The position numbers and the translations under genes were made by a program. From a candidate division FCPU426 bacterium (GTDB lineage Bacteria > Oederibacteriota > PGYV01 > Palsa-1178), in assembly GCA_963840035.1 (NCBI GenBank), contig CAWIXE010000002.1, positions 1,056,001-1,120,000 on the forward strand: a stretch of DNA of 64,000 nt. The letters run 5' to 3'. The notes under the pieces were generated by a model. That model ran no database searches. It was not told the origin of the DNA and saw only the letters and a program-made list of their open reading frames with translations. Positions 46,682 through 56,931 of the stretch are shown here, in pieces. Position 1 is the stretch's first letter, and the number at the start of each line of letters is the position of its first letter.

Positions 46682-48217
46682 TTAATCCACCACATTTTTT
46701 CTGTCAAGTTTTGTCGGGTCTGTATACGGAACACCGTGTTTTTTGCTTATCATATTGGCCGATATCCTGCCTGATTCATAAATTGTAGGAAGGCCCGATC
46801 CCGGATGCGTTCCCCCGCCCGCGAGGTATACGTTGTCAAAACATTCAAAATGGTTCCTTGGCCTGAAGTATAGCATCTGCGGAAGGTCATGGCCCAGGTT
46901 AAAAGTCGCGCCGTAATGCACATTCAGTTCGTCGTTCCAGGTATCCGGAGTATAAATCTTTTCCACTTCTATGTTTTCCCTTAAATCCTTCATCTCCGTA
47001 CGCTTTACGACTTCATCAAGCACGCGTTCCTTAAATGCGTCTTTTTCCTTATCCCAGTCTATATTCCCCTTCAAATTGGAAACCGGCACTAGTATATATA
47101 TGGTGGACTTGCCTTCAGGCGCGAGCGTCGGGTCTGTTAATGATGCATTCTGGACATAAAAGGATATCTGATCCGATATTTTCAGCCGTTTAAAAATATC
47201 TTCGACATTCTGCCGGTACTTCCGCGCGAAGAAAACGTTATGGTGCGGGAAGTTGTATTTTTTCTTTACCCCGAGGTAAAGCATGAATGTGGAGCACGAA
47301 TATTTTCTGCGCGCCAGTTTTTTAGGGGCATATTTTTTTACCCGTTTTTTATCCATGAGATTCACTGCGGCGTATGAAAAATCCGCGTTTACGATGACGT
47401 CATCCGCGTTAACTATCGTGCCGTCTTCCAGTTCGACGCCGGTTACTTTACGGCCGGTATTTACCAGCCTTTTTACAGCCGTATTCAGCCTTAATTTTCC
47501 GCCTTCTTCCTCAAAAACCTTTGCCATGGCCTGTGAAATCCTGTTTAACCCGCCAATGACGTGGTAAATCCCCCATTTGTGCTCAATATATGCCACCATG
47601 GCAAAAGCAGCCGGGCATTCCCACGCTGACATGCCGAGGTATTTTGACTGAAAGGTAAAACAGAACTTCAGGTTGTCGCTTTTAAAATATTTTCCAAGCG
47701 CCTGAAAGACGCTCAAATGCAGGTCCAGGTGCGGGACGGCTTTCAGAAAAGGATTTACAAGCATGTCTTTAAACGAACTATATGGTTTCTGCAGGCATGG
47801 AAAAAGATACTCAAAACGTTTTTTCTCACCGGCAAGGTACCTTTTGAGCCCGGCTTCCTCACCCGGGAATTCTTTCTTTATTGCGGCTTCCATCTTATCG
47901 TGGTCGTCGGATGCAAGTATCTCATTTTCAAAAAACTTCAGCCGGTACATGGGGTCAAGGTGTCTAAATTCCATGTAATCTTTTGCCTTTCTGCCAGTTT
48001 CCTCGAACATTTCCTCAAGAATAAAATTCATCATTAAAAATGTAGGCCCGGTATCAAAGGTGAATCCGCCGAGTTTGAGCGGCGCATTCCTGCCTCCGAC
48101 AATACCGGCCTTTTCAAATATCTCAACGTCAAATCCCCTGTGCGCGAGTATCATGCCCGACGTGAGCCCGCCCGGACCGGCCCCGACTATCACTATCTTT
48201 TTTTTCGCCATGAACAA
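46682..48217 (-). CDS. Phytoene desaturase family FAD oxidoreductase (CrtI/CrtN-like)
   Basis: VGAGPGGL, GFTFDTGPT, DPTLAPEG, YFRP.N, GGGTHPGSGLPTIYES. Confidence 0.9.
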   Translation of the reverse strand: MFMAKKKIVIVGAGPGGLTSGMILAHRGFDVEIFEKAGIVGGRNAPLKLGGFTFDTGPTFLMMNFILEEMFEETGRKAKDYMEFRHLDPMYRLKFFENEILASDDHDKMEAAIKKEFPGEEAGLKRYLAGEKKRFEYLFPCLQKPYSSFKDMLVNPFLKAVPHLDLHLSVFQALGKYFKSDNLKFCFTFQSKYLGMSAWECPAAFAMVAYIEHKWGIYHVIGGLNRISQAMAKVFEEEGGKLRLNTAVKRLVNTGRKVTGVELEDGTIVNADDVIVNADFSYAAVNLMDKKRVKKYAPKKLARRKYSCSTFMLYLGVKKKYNFPHHNVFFARKYRQNVEDIFKRLKISDQISFYVQNASLTDPTLAPEGKSTIYILVPVSNLKGNIDWDKEKDAFKERVLDEVVKRTEMKDLRENIEVEKIYTPDTWNDELNVHYGATFNLGHDLPQMLYFRPRNHFECFDNVYLAGGGTHPGSGLPTIYESGRISANMISKKHGVPYTDPTKLDRKNVVD

Positions 48218-48257
48218 CCTCCTCTATATACAGTTATATGTATTTAATATTTTTCAA

Positions 48258-49226
48258 TTATCCCAGGACTTCAATTATTCCTTCAGGATACGGTTCAAAA
48301 AATGTCTGGCCAGAGAGGTATTTATCCTCAAACCTGAGGATGTAAGACCGCATAAGGCTTAATACCACATTTATACGCGCTTTCCCCTTCCTGTATTTTT
48401 CAAGCGTATCAAGGAAGTACTTCCTTTCTTTCGCGGAAAGTTTATCAGAGAAGTATCCGAAAGCGTGCTGTATGGTATTTATCACATTTGAAACTTTATA
48501 TGTATCCTTCAGGCACAACGACATATACCTGCCGTATTCACTGCACATAGCCTCAAACTTCATGTTATCCCTGTTCGCCGATATGCCGCCCATTAAACGC
48601 ATATATTTTTGGTTATAGGACATGAATAACAACTTGTTTTGTTCCTGAAATTTTATAAGTTCCTTAACCTTCGCCGATTTTCTAACCTGCCTGAAAGACG
48701 CGCTTATGTAAACCCTCTTCAAAAAGTTATCGGCGATCCTTTCGTCATTAAGCCTGCCATCATCTTCAACCGCCTTATCCGGGAACCTTCGCACTACCTC
48801 CCCGCCAAAAAAGCCCGAGCCCCTGGCAGTCAGCGCAGCCGGTTTCTCGCCTTTTGCGGGATAAATCTTCACATCATAAGCCCCCGAACTGGGGGACTTT
48901 GCCTTAAGTATGAATCCGTCAACTTCCTCCATGTCATCAAGAGTTTTCTTAACCCATGCGTTCATTTTTTCAGTAAGGTCCGCGCCTGTAGAAGGCTGGA
49001 CAAGACGCAGTTTTTTCATTTCTTTATCATCCGCGACTATACGCAGTGTTTTCCTGGGTATGGGCAGCCCTATTTCCACTTCCGGGCAATGTGTTATGGA
49101 TGTAATATATGGTTTCAGGGCGCCAACAAAATCAGAAGATATCAATTCACCATTATAGCGGACAGCCTCAAAAGTTATGCAACGGCTTATATACAGCACC
49201 GGCTTCAGAAAAACCGTCATAAACAC
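48258..49226 (-). CDS. DUF523 + DUF1722 (YbgA-like) protein
   Basis: SRC...VRYNG, CPEVEIGL..PR, ILK.KSPS, EDDGRL, H.FGYF, YL..QTFFEPYP. Confidence 0.88.
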   Translation of the reverse strand: MFMTVFLKPVLYISRCITFEAVRYNGELISSDFVGALKPYITSITHCPEVEIGLPIPRKTLRIVADDKEMKKLRLVQPSTGADLTEKMNAWVKKTLDDMEEVDGFILKAKSPSSGAYDVKIYPAKGEKPAALTARGSGFFGGEVVRRFPDKAVEDDGRLNDERIADNFLKRVYISASFRQVRKSAKVKELIKFQEQNKLLFMSYNQKYMRLMGGISANRDNMKFEAMCSEYGRYMSLCLKDTYKVSNVINTIQHAFGYFSDKLSAKERKYFLDTLEKYRKGKARINVVLSLMRSYILRFEDKYLSGQTFFEPYPEGIIEVLG

Positions 49227-49279
49227 CCCGCCTCTTTGTACCTTTTCAGTTTTAAACTTTCAGTTTCAAACTGCCTTGT

Positions 49280-50287
49280 TTACATCCCCATGTCCGCAAA
49301 TTCCCAATTGTTGAGTTTTTTAAGTGACTGCCAGTACGGGCTCGTCGAGAGGTGTTCCTTAAAAGCCTCAAGGTATTCAGTCTTATTATCCTTACCTCCG
49401 GCTTCCGTATCCGCCGCGGTCTCTGATTCCCAGTCAGAATCCCACTCTACCATATCATAGAACTTCCAGGCGTCGTCACCGGCGCCGGTATATATCAGGT
49501 CAAGCATGTATGACCACACTTTTGAGATGGGCTTTCCCTTGCACGAATCAGCGTATGCCTGCATATCCTCAACCACGGGCGGGTCCTTACGCATTAACTC
49601 ATCGGCAAGCACATATCCGCTGCCTTCCAGGTAGCGCAGTACAAGTTTCGGCGCCGGAGGAGTGCCCAAAGCCGCCCACCAGTCAAGGAAGGTGCAGTCT
49701 TTTCCAATAATTTCCATAATGCCGTCCTTGTCAAGATCCTTAAATTCAATACCGTCAGCTAAGCCCTTTATCTCGGCGATTAACGCCATATCATCGCCGA
49801 CCGCGAATACCGAGTATATGTTTGAGCAGCTGTCCTTTTCTGACTTTGTTTTTAACACTACATCAGGCCTTCCGTCGCCTGTCATGTCAGTACCCGCCTT
49901 AGGGAGCGATTTTTCCTTACTGTCTGATGTCATCTGAAAGCTTTCCTTTTCACCGGCCTGCTTTGACAGTATTACCTGGCCTTTTTTTAGGACCTCAAAA
50001 GTGGACTTATCGCTTGAAAGCTTGAATTCATAATCCTTCATATTGACCTTTTCAGCCGTATTTACTTTCCCTATTTTTGGCTTTGTTTCCACGGCGGTTT
50101 TTACGGGCAGCGGTTTGCCTTCTTTCGCGGTGACAGTTACCCCGGCGGCTGTTTTCTCCGCCCCTGCAGAAACTGTTTCCTGAGGTGTTACCTGTGAGAC
50201 TTTGCCTTTACCGCATTTGGACATTACAAGCATCACTAAAATAAAAGCAATAATCACAACCAGAATAACTTTAATAGCTTTGCCCAT
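49280..50287 (-). CDS. Hypothetical membrane-anchored protein with Dx[DN]xDG-like loops
   Basis: N-terminal hydrophobic anchor; DMTGDGRPD and DLDKDGIME. Confidence 0.65.
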   Translation of the reverse strand: MGKAIKVILVVIIAFILVMLVMSKCGKGKVSQVTPQETVSAGAEKTAAGVTVTAKEGKPLPVKTAVETKPKIGKVNTAEKVNMKDYEFKLSSDKSTFEVLKKGQVILSKQAGEKESFQMTSDSKEKSLPKAGTDMTGDGRPDVVLKTKSEKDSCSNIYSVFAVGDDMALIAEIKGLADGIEFKDLDKDGIMEIIGKDCTFLDWWAALGTPPAPKLVLRYLEGSGYVLADELMRKDPPVVEDMQAYADSCKGKPISKVWSYMLDLIYTGAGDDAWKFYDMVEWDSDWESETAADTEAGGKDNKTEYLEAFKEHLSTSPYWQSLKKLNNWEFADMGM

Positions 50288-50360
50288 TTAAAAACCTCCA
50301 TGATGTTTTTCAATTAGTATTATTATAACGTAATTAAGATAAAAGCGCATCTATTTTGCT

Positions 50361-50435
50361 TTCGTAGGGGCGAGCCGGTGGCTCGCCCGGCTTTAGATTC
50401 TAAACCCGGGCGAGCCACCGGCTCGCCCCTACGAA
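50361..50435. repeat. GTAG-REP doublet (REPIN-like), perfect 30-bp arms
   Basis: TTCGTAGGGGCGAGCCGGTGGCTCGCCCGG and reverse complement; half-copy at 60277-60292. Confidence 0.9.
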
Positions 50436-50506
50436 GACAGAACAAAGACATAACGAAGACAGAACGAAGCAGACCGAAGCAGAACGAAGATAGAACATAT
50501 AACCAA

Positions 50507-51625
50507 TTACTTTGAGTTCGACGCCCCGGCGAAAATATATCCGCCGTCTTTTGTAAGGGCTATTGAGTGCGCGGAATCATCCCCGGCTCCGCCATAGGCT
50601 TTTGCCCATATAGTGTCGCCGTCCCTGTCCACTTTTACCACATAAGCGTCATAACCGCCGCTGCCGTAAGACGTTGTGGCTCCTGCCGCGATAAACCCTC
50701 CGTCTAAGGCCTGCTGCGCGTCATAAGCCCTGTCCCTGCCTGCCCCGCCATATGTGTTTTCCCAGGTAAGCTTGCCTTCACGGTCTGTCTTAATAATATA
50801 AAAGTCATCTTCTCCTGCCCCGTATGAAAAGGTGATTCCGGATATTATGAATCCGCCGTCCGCGGCCGGTTCCACCGAATACCCCCTGTCATATTTGTCG
50901 CCGCCGAATTTTCTTGTCCAGGAATACTCGCCGCTTTTGTCCCTGCGGACCAGGTAAACATCGGCGCCGTCAGCCGGAAGAAAATCCTCTTCCATTGCCG
51001 TCGTTACAAAACTGCCATTTTCCGTAGATACTGCCGTGTACCCCCACGCAAGATAATCATTGCCGAAGGTCTTCATCCATAAATAATCCCCGTCCCTGCC
51101 GGTTTTTGCGAGGTATACCCCATAACCCGTATCATTTTCCGCGTAAGTCCTTCCGGCAATCAGCGAGCCCTGGCCGAGCGGTTCTGAAAACGGTTTGTCA
51201 TCATTATCATCAAATTCCCTGACCCAGAGCATATTCCCTTTTGAGTCAAGTTTCATTAAATTAATCCCGTCATATCCTTCACCGAAGGTATAAGTCTTGG
51301 AAGCTACTATATAACCGCCGTCCTTTACGGGTATGACTGATTCAGCCCATTCATAATAATCGCTGCCAAATGTCTTTGTCCACTGGGTATTCCCGCGCGA
51401 GTCAATTTTTACCACCCAGATGCCGTACCTGCCTTTTGTCATGGAAGCTTTCTCCGGAATCGCCAGCACATAATCCTGCCCTGTTCCCGCTGTTTTCGGA
51501 ATTTCCTTAATTATCTGAGGTATTTTGACCGCGGCCTGCCTTATCCCCCCGCACCGGAGCAGAAATAAAAGCACAGCAACAATGACAACTATAATAACTG
51601 TGTAAACCACATGCCTTTTTTTCAT
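50507..51625 (-). CDS. Membrane-anchored beta-propeller-repeat protein
   Basis: Repeated W.KT[FY]GG..D....DGG[FY]I..G units. Confidence 0.7.
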   Translation of the reverse strand: MKKRHVVYTVIIVVIVAVLLFLLRCGGIRQAAVKIPQIIKEIPKTAGTGQDYVLAIPEKASMTKGRYGIWVVKIDSRGNTQWTKTFGSDYYEWAESVIPVKDGGYIVASKTYTFGEGYDGINLMKLDSKGNMLWVREFDDNDDKPFSEPLGQGSLIAGRTYAENDTGYGVYLAKTGRDGDYLWMKTFGNDYLAWGYTAVSTENGSFVTTAMEEDFLPADGADVYLVRRDKSGEYSWTRKFGGDKYDRGYSVEPAADGGFIISGITFSYGAGEDDFYIIKTDREGKLTWENTYGGAGRDRAYDAQQALDGGFIAAGATTSYGSGGYDAYVVKVDRDGDTIWAKAYGGAGDDSAHSIALTKDGGYIFAGASNSK

Positions 51626-51674
51626 TTTTCCCCTTGTAATATGTCAGCGAAGATATATTAGATGATGTCCGGAA

Positions 51675-54600
51675 TTATTTCAAGATAATAATTTTGCCCG
51701 GTTTTCCGGGCTTGCCGCCCTTACCCTGTTCAACAGAGATGAAATATACCCCGTTTGAAAGGCCCTTAAGATAATCTCTGCCAATGCAAAGCAGCTGCGC
51801 TCCCGCGGGCACCGAACTTATCTTCACTTCACGCACAAGCCTGAACGCGCTTGTATATAACCTGAAGGTCACATCCGACGGCCCTGATTTAACATTAATT
51901 GCCGCGTACAGATCCTGAATTACGGGATTGACCGGATTTGGATAAATAACAGGCTCAGACGGCGGTGTCACGGCTGTTTGCGTGGCTGTGGGCGTGTATG
52001 TGGCTGTTGCCGCGGTTGTATTTGTTGCTGTCGGCTGTTTTGTGGGTGTTGATGTCGGAGGAACCGGTGTATTTGTCTGTGTTGATACAGCCGTGGACGT
52101 TGCCGTATTAACCGGCGTATTTGTCTGTGTCGGCGGCAAAGGAGTATCCGTATCAGTCGCCTGCGGCGTCTGTGTAAATGTATTTATAACCTGTGTGAAT
52201 GTTCCCGTCGGATTTGGCGTGGCTGTATCAGATACCGTTTCCGTAAATGTCGGCGTCCCGAGGTAATCAGTAGCTGTAGGCGTGGCTGTCGGCGAATATA
52301 CCGGCGTTGTTGTGCTAGTAGGTGTGATTGTCGGTGTATTTGTCTGCGAACTTGCCGGACTGGAAGTACTTGTTGCAGTAAATGTCGGCGAAGAGCCTGC
52401 CGTGTCCGTGGCTGTCGCGGTTGCGGTACCGGTAAATGTCTGCGTAAAAGTCGGAGAAATTACAGGCGTATTAGTAAGCGTCTTAGTGGCAGTCGATGTG
52501 CGTGTAATTGTTGATGACGCCGTATAAGTAGGTGTAGCCGTAGGCAAAGTCATATTTATCAGCCGTATATTATCCACCATTACAGTGTATGGGTAATTAA
52601 TCAGTTTCTGAAAAGCTATAAATGTAGCCTGCGTATCACCCGGTGCAAGCAGGTCTGCAAGCGGTATCTGTATTGTAATCCAGTAAGGCGGGATTCCGAT
52701 TGGAGAATAATTGGAAACATTAACCGCGCCCACTGTCCAGTTCATAAGAAAGTTGAAATTATCCACGAAGCCCGCGGTTGATTTAATGTCAAACTGCAGG
52801 TAATTATACCCTGCCCTGTTTTCCGCCGGGAACTGCCATGTGTGCGATGAATACCATGCCGAATCAATATAATCAACCCTCATGCCATTGCCCGCATTGC
52901 CTCCGGCTATTTCAGTCAGCCCTCCGCCGTTCACGCTGTTTGTGACTGTACCGTCCGCGAGCCTTGAGCCAACCGTATCTCCGTCATATATGATTACTGA
53001 CGGCCATACGGGCGTGACGCTGTATGTCGGTGTTATTGTAAACGTCGGTGTGGCCGTGTATCCTGACGGGCATGCCGCGGTAAATGCGTTATACATGGCG
53101 TCGAGGAGCGGCTGGCCCTGCCAGGCTATATAATCCCCGGACAAGTCCCACATCATTACCCCGCCTAAATTTCTTGTTGTTATGGCGTAGTTGACTTTGT
53201 CGGTTATTGACTGAGGATCGTCATAGACAATAACTCCCGTGCCTGTGTTTTTTGTAAGGTACGGATTATGAGACACCGCGTCCCAGTGATATGTCCAGCC
53301 GTTTCCTATATATCCGGCAGCTATGGCGTTATAGTTTAAACTGACAACATCCGTACCTGCCGCTCCTCCGCAGCTTGGCGCGCTGCATGTCTGGAAAGGA
53401 GCGGTGTATAATGTGTAATTATGTCCGTAAAACGGCACACCCATTACTATTTTTGACGCGGAAATTCCGCGCGTTACTGTCATATAGTCCACGCCCATTA
53501 CATCGCTCATCCCATCAGGGTCGGATGGGTTTGCGAAAAGCGGCGCGTTATAACCCACATGGTTGCCCCATCCTCCGTGCTGGTCATATGCCATTAAATT
53601 ATAAAAATCCATCGAGCTGTCTATGGCCGCGTAGTCTATCCACTGCCCATAGTAATTAGTCATGGGAATTGCCGCTGTTAAAAGCCAGTGTACGCCGGGC
53701 GGTTGGGCTGCGTTAAATTTGGACCGCAGCTCTGTCATAAGCAAAGTATAATTCGCGCGTTCCACGGGGGTTGCCATGAGTTCCCAGTCCATGTCAAGCC
53801 CGTCATAACCATTGGCCTGTATAAAGCTTACAATGTTATTCTCAAAAGCATTCCTGGCAGCCGGATTGTTTGCCATCTGGGAACACACCGTGTTAGTCCC
53901 TCCGCCTCCGATGGATATAAGGACTTTCACCCCTGCCGCATGCGCGTTTGCGATGAGCGCGGGCTCTATAAACGAAGGCCCGTAATTTAATGAACCATCC
54001 GCGTTTGGCACCACGAAAGAGTGGCATATATGCGTAAGTTTGTTATAGGGTATTTTTGAGGAATCATACGGCAGTGTGCCGTCGTTATAATAATAAGCCA
54101 GCAGGATTTTATTGCACGCGCCCCACGGTCCTGATGTGGCCGTCGGTACCGGTGTATTCGTCGCGGTCTGAGCGGCTGTGGATGTCTTCGTCGCGGTGGC
54201 TGTGGCGCTTTTTGTGGCAGTGTATGTCTGTGTATTTGAAACGGTATATGATGGCGTCGCTGATACGGTTCTTGAATATGTCGGCGTTCCCGTGGCAGTT
54301 ACTGACACGCTTGCCGTTGGTGTCCCGGTGCGGGTTGGCGTAAATGTCGGGGATGTGGCCGGGGTGTTTGTCATTGTCGAGGTGCGCGTGGGCGTGAAAG
54401 TCGGGCTAGGTATGGAATTGGGTATGAAATACAGATCATCGAACCAGGCAATCTTAGTATTAGGCGCAGTGAGCGTTCCGGTCCTCATACCTATGCCTGT
54501 AAACGCGCCCGAATATCCAAAACTTGCTATGGGTACCTGGAAGTGGTTCCACTGGTTCACATTAAATACCCCGCCGTCAGCGAATGTGCTGTTGACGACC

Positions 54601-56648
54601 ACAGAACTTCCGATCTCAACAGTGTCATTTATAAGCTGAAGCCTGAAATTATAATTCGTGTCCGTCAGATATACCCAACCGTCAAACTTCTGGATGGCTG
54701 ACGTATTCATGTCCGGTCCGCCAAAATTCGCCAGTATTCCCCAGTCCGCGGACGAGGTGCTGACCCTGAAAGACTCCGCGCCGTTAATTGTTTTATTCTG
54801 ACCCATATCATTGAGGTTATTCCCGGGGGTCAGCGTATTTGCCGGTGTTGCCGCAGCGCCGCCTAAGCCAATGCCAAAAGCCGGTATCTCGCTGTTAAAG
54901 ACAAGTATTCCGGGCGTTAATATGGAAGTACTCGTGGGTATTGGTACTGCAGTGGGCGCCTCGGAGCATACATTTGCCCAGTCAGCTACAGCGCCCACCC
55001 TGTTCTTCAGCTGCTCTTCATATAATGAAGCAGGTAAAAGGCCTGACTGGTAACCTACCCCTTCATAAAGGACGTTCTGCCTCCAGGATGCCGGGCCAAC
55101 CTGCAATCCGGCGTTGTTTGAAACTACCGTACCGGAAGTGAAAGTACCTGCCGGCGCGTAACCCGCGCCGTCATTTACCTTATAGTTCCCCGCAACACCC
55201 ACTTCCATGGCGTATCCGTCGCTTGAGGGATTTATGTTAACTTCAGCCGCGTGCCACTGGCCCTGGTATCCGTCCCCGTATAAATTCCATACTGCGCCGG
55301 TCCCGAACGATTCATACGCATTGCCGCTCGTGGTCCACCTGTTATAGCCGTTTAACGCGTTGCCGTTGCCCATTATAAACTGGTCCCTTAAAAGCGCGTG
55401 CGCGAACCCGAAATGAGTATCCTCGCTCTCAGCCGCGTCAAATGACTCGCACTGCGTCATGACCACGTAGTGCGACAGCGCCCTGCTGAGTATGAAGTTA
55501 TGCCTCGCCTGCTCGCCATGGCAGCGCTTGATCAAGATATTCTGCGAGCAGTTTACGTAAAAGCCGTAACCCGCGCCGCCGCCCCCGTAGTCCTGCGTCT
55601 TTTTGATAAAACAGTCCTCTATGGTGATGCGCGCGGAATAATCAGGGTGTATCCCGTACCTCGGGAAATTTATCACTGTTACGTCCTTGACCCACCCGTT
55701 TACCACGCCCTCAAAATATATTGCGCAGCCTGACGGAAAACCGGCCGTCCTGCTGCCGTTATATCCGTTATTATTGTCGTCAAAACTTATCGTCATTCCC
55801 GATATCCCGACATTATTTAGCATGCCGTTTGTAGTGCCGCTTGTTTTGATGAATATGGTGCTGTTTGCCGGATTAAGAGTATACGGTATGGGCGCGTCCA
55901 CGGTTATGCCTGACGCGTCCTTGGATAGGACTTTTCTCAGGTATGTAAAGGTGTATTCCCTGTCGCTTGTTGTCCATACGCCGTTGGAGTTAGTGGTATT
56001 GAAGGCCGGCCAGAAATACTGCTGGATGACTATCCAAGAACCCACAGTAACACTCGTGAGGCTTGTCAAACCGGTTATGTAAGTGGACCCTTCCGCGATT
56101 GTATTGTTTACATGCGAGATGTCAGTGCCGCCGTCAACCCAGCCCTTGTTCCAGGCAAAATACCCCTTTTCAAAAGTAAAGACCCCTTCAAAAGCGTTCG
56201 CGTCATCGCTGTAGGCGTGCGTCTTGGGTATGTTTATTTTTGTCAGGCTGCTTCCCGCCCCCTCAACCGAGACGTTGGGGTAGTTTATGCCTATAGGTTT
56301 TGCGGCGGATGTCTGTGTTATTATAAAATTACCGGCGGGTATTTTAACTATGCCCCCGCCTGCCAGGCCGACAGTGTTAATCTTATCCTGAAGTTCCTGG
56401 GAAATATCGCCGGTCCCTGTTATGGTCAGTATATTGCACGGGATATTTGTCTGGAGCGGAGTCTCGCCAAGGTTATAACCGGTATAGGAATAATCCAGGA
56501 GTTTCCAGCTGCGGGAGTTGAAATTCACAGTGGCTGTCTCATATTTGCCGGTGGAGCCGTTATATGGGAATAACTGGGATGTCCATGAAAAGGCATAGGA
56601 ACAAAACATGAGAAACATTGCAGTCAAAGTGATTAACCGTTTATTCAT
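51675..56648 (-). CDS. Large secreted multidomain glycan-active protein: beta-helix + CBM-like + GH18 + CBM-like + T9SS-CTD-like tail
   Basis: Signal peptide from ATG 56648; ISIGG and DGLDMDWE GH18 motifs; GVMMWDL; TPT linkers; YPNP...LSNGVYF...KIIILK tail. Confidence 0.85.
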   Translation of the reverse strand: MNKRLITLTAMFLMFCSYAFSWTSQLFPYNGSTGKYETATVNFNSRSWKLLDYSYTGYNLGETPLQTNIPCNILTITGTGDISQELQDKINTVGLAGGGIVKIPAGNFIITQTSAAKPIGINYPNVSVEGAGSSLTKINIPKTHAYSDDANAFEGVFTFEKGYFAWNKGWVDGGTDISHVNNTIAEGSTYITGLTSLTSVTVGSWIVIQQYFWPAFNTTNSNGVWTTSDREYTFTYLRKVLSKDASGITVDAPIPYTLNPANSTIFIKTSGTTNGMLNNVGISGMTISFDDNNNGYNGSRTAGFPSGCAIYFEGVVNGWVKDVTVINFPRYGIHPDYSARITIEDCFIKKTQDYGGGGAGYGFYVNCSQNILIKRCHGEQARHNFILSRALSHYVVMTQCESFDAAESEDTHFGFAHALLRDQFIMGNGNALNGYNRWTTSGNAYESFGTGAVWNLYGDGYQGQWHAAEVNINPSSDGYAMEVGVAGNYKVNDGAGYAPAGTFTSGTVVSNNAGLQVGPASWRQNVLYEGVGYQSGLLPASLYEEQLKNRVGAVADWANVCSEAPTAVPIPTSTSILTPGILVFNSEIPAFGIGLGGAAATPANTLTPGNNLNDMGQNKTINGAESFRVSTSSADWGILANFGGPDMNTSAIQKFDGWVYLTDTNYNFRLQLINDTVEIGSSVVVNSTFADGGVFNVNQWNHFQVPIASFGYSGAFTGIGMRTGTLTAPNTKIAWFDDLYFIPNSIPSPTFTPTRTSTMTNTPATSPTFTPTRTGTPTASVSVTATGTPTYSRTVSATPSYTVSNTQTYTATKSATATATKTSTAAQTATNTPVPTATSGPWGACNKILLAYYYNDGTLPYDSSKIPYNKLTHICHSFVVPNADGSLNYGPSFIEPALIANAHAAGVKVLISIGGGGTNTVCSQMANNPAARNAFENNIVSFIQANGYDGLDMDWELMATPVERANYTLLMTELRSKFNAAQPPGVHWLLTAAIPMTNYYGQWIDYAAIDSSMDFYNLMAYDQHGGWGNHVGYNAPLFANPSDPDGMSDVMGVDYMTVTRGISASKIVMGVPFYGHNYTLYTAPFQTCSAPSCGGAAGTDVVSLNYNAIAAGYIGNGWTYHWDAVSHNPYLTKNTGTGVIVYDDPQSITDKVNYAITTRNLGGVMMWDLSGDYIAWQGQPLLDAMYNAFTAACPSGYTATPTFTITPTYSVTPVWPSVIIYDGDTVGSRLADGTVTNSVNGGGLTEIAGGNAGNGMRVDYIDSAWYSSHTWQFPAENRAGYNYLQFDIKSTAGFVDNFNFLMNWTVGAVNVSNYSPIGIPPYWITIQIPLADLLAPGDTQATFIAFQKLINYPYTVMVDNIRLINMTLPTATPTYTASSTITRTSTATKTLTNTPVISPTFTQTFTGTATATATDTAGSSPTFTATSTSSPASSQTNTPTITPTSTTTPVYSPTATPTATDYLGTPTFTETVSDTATPNPTGTFTQVINTFTQTPQATDTDTPLPPTQTNTPVNTATSTAVSTQTNTPVPPTSTPTKQPTATNTTAATATYTPTATQTAVTPPSEPVIYPNPVNPVIQDLYAAINVKSGPSDVTFRLYTSAFRLVREVKISSVPAGAQLLCIGRDYLKGLSNGVYFISVEQGKGGKPGKPGKIIILK

Positions 56649-56685
56649 TTTATCCAGCCTTTTCAATATTCCCTCGCCTGGACAT

Positions 56686-56714
56686 ATTTTAGCGTAAAAA
56701 AAGGCAATAGTCAA
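56686..56714 (-). promoter_or_regulatory. Sigma-70-type promoter of the GH18 gene
   Basis: TTGACT-17 bp-TAAAAT. Confidence 0.7.
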
Positions 56715-56730
56715 ACGGGTAAAAGCCTCA

Positions 56731-56931
56731 GTTATTGTAAATAATAGTGTGTAAACTCACTTTGACCTTTAAATATGTTTGTTTTCATTAGAAACGGCTT
56801 TCACCCCTCTCCTCTTAGGAGAGGGGCAGGGGTGAGGTGAAACCAATTGTCTTATTCCCCTCACCCTACCCTCTCCCAAATGGGAGAGGGATAAAAGAAC
56901 AAATCATTTACACACAATTAATGACAGTATC
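56731..56931. mobile_element. ~200-bp MITE, copy 2 (Mutator/IS256-like ends)
   Basis: Terminal IRs match 20/25; perfect 9-bp direct repeat AAAGCCTCA on both sides; homologous to 19597-19798. Confidence 0.85.

Noticed and set aside
48639..49460. Long antisense ORFs (also 10755-11432, 11647-12309, 15883-16590, 51982-52527, 54178-54639)
   Set aside because: Shadows of well-supported minus-strand genes; Val/Gly-rich ones mirror Thr/Pro linkers
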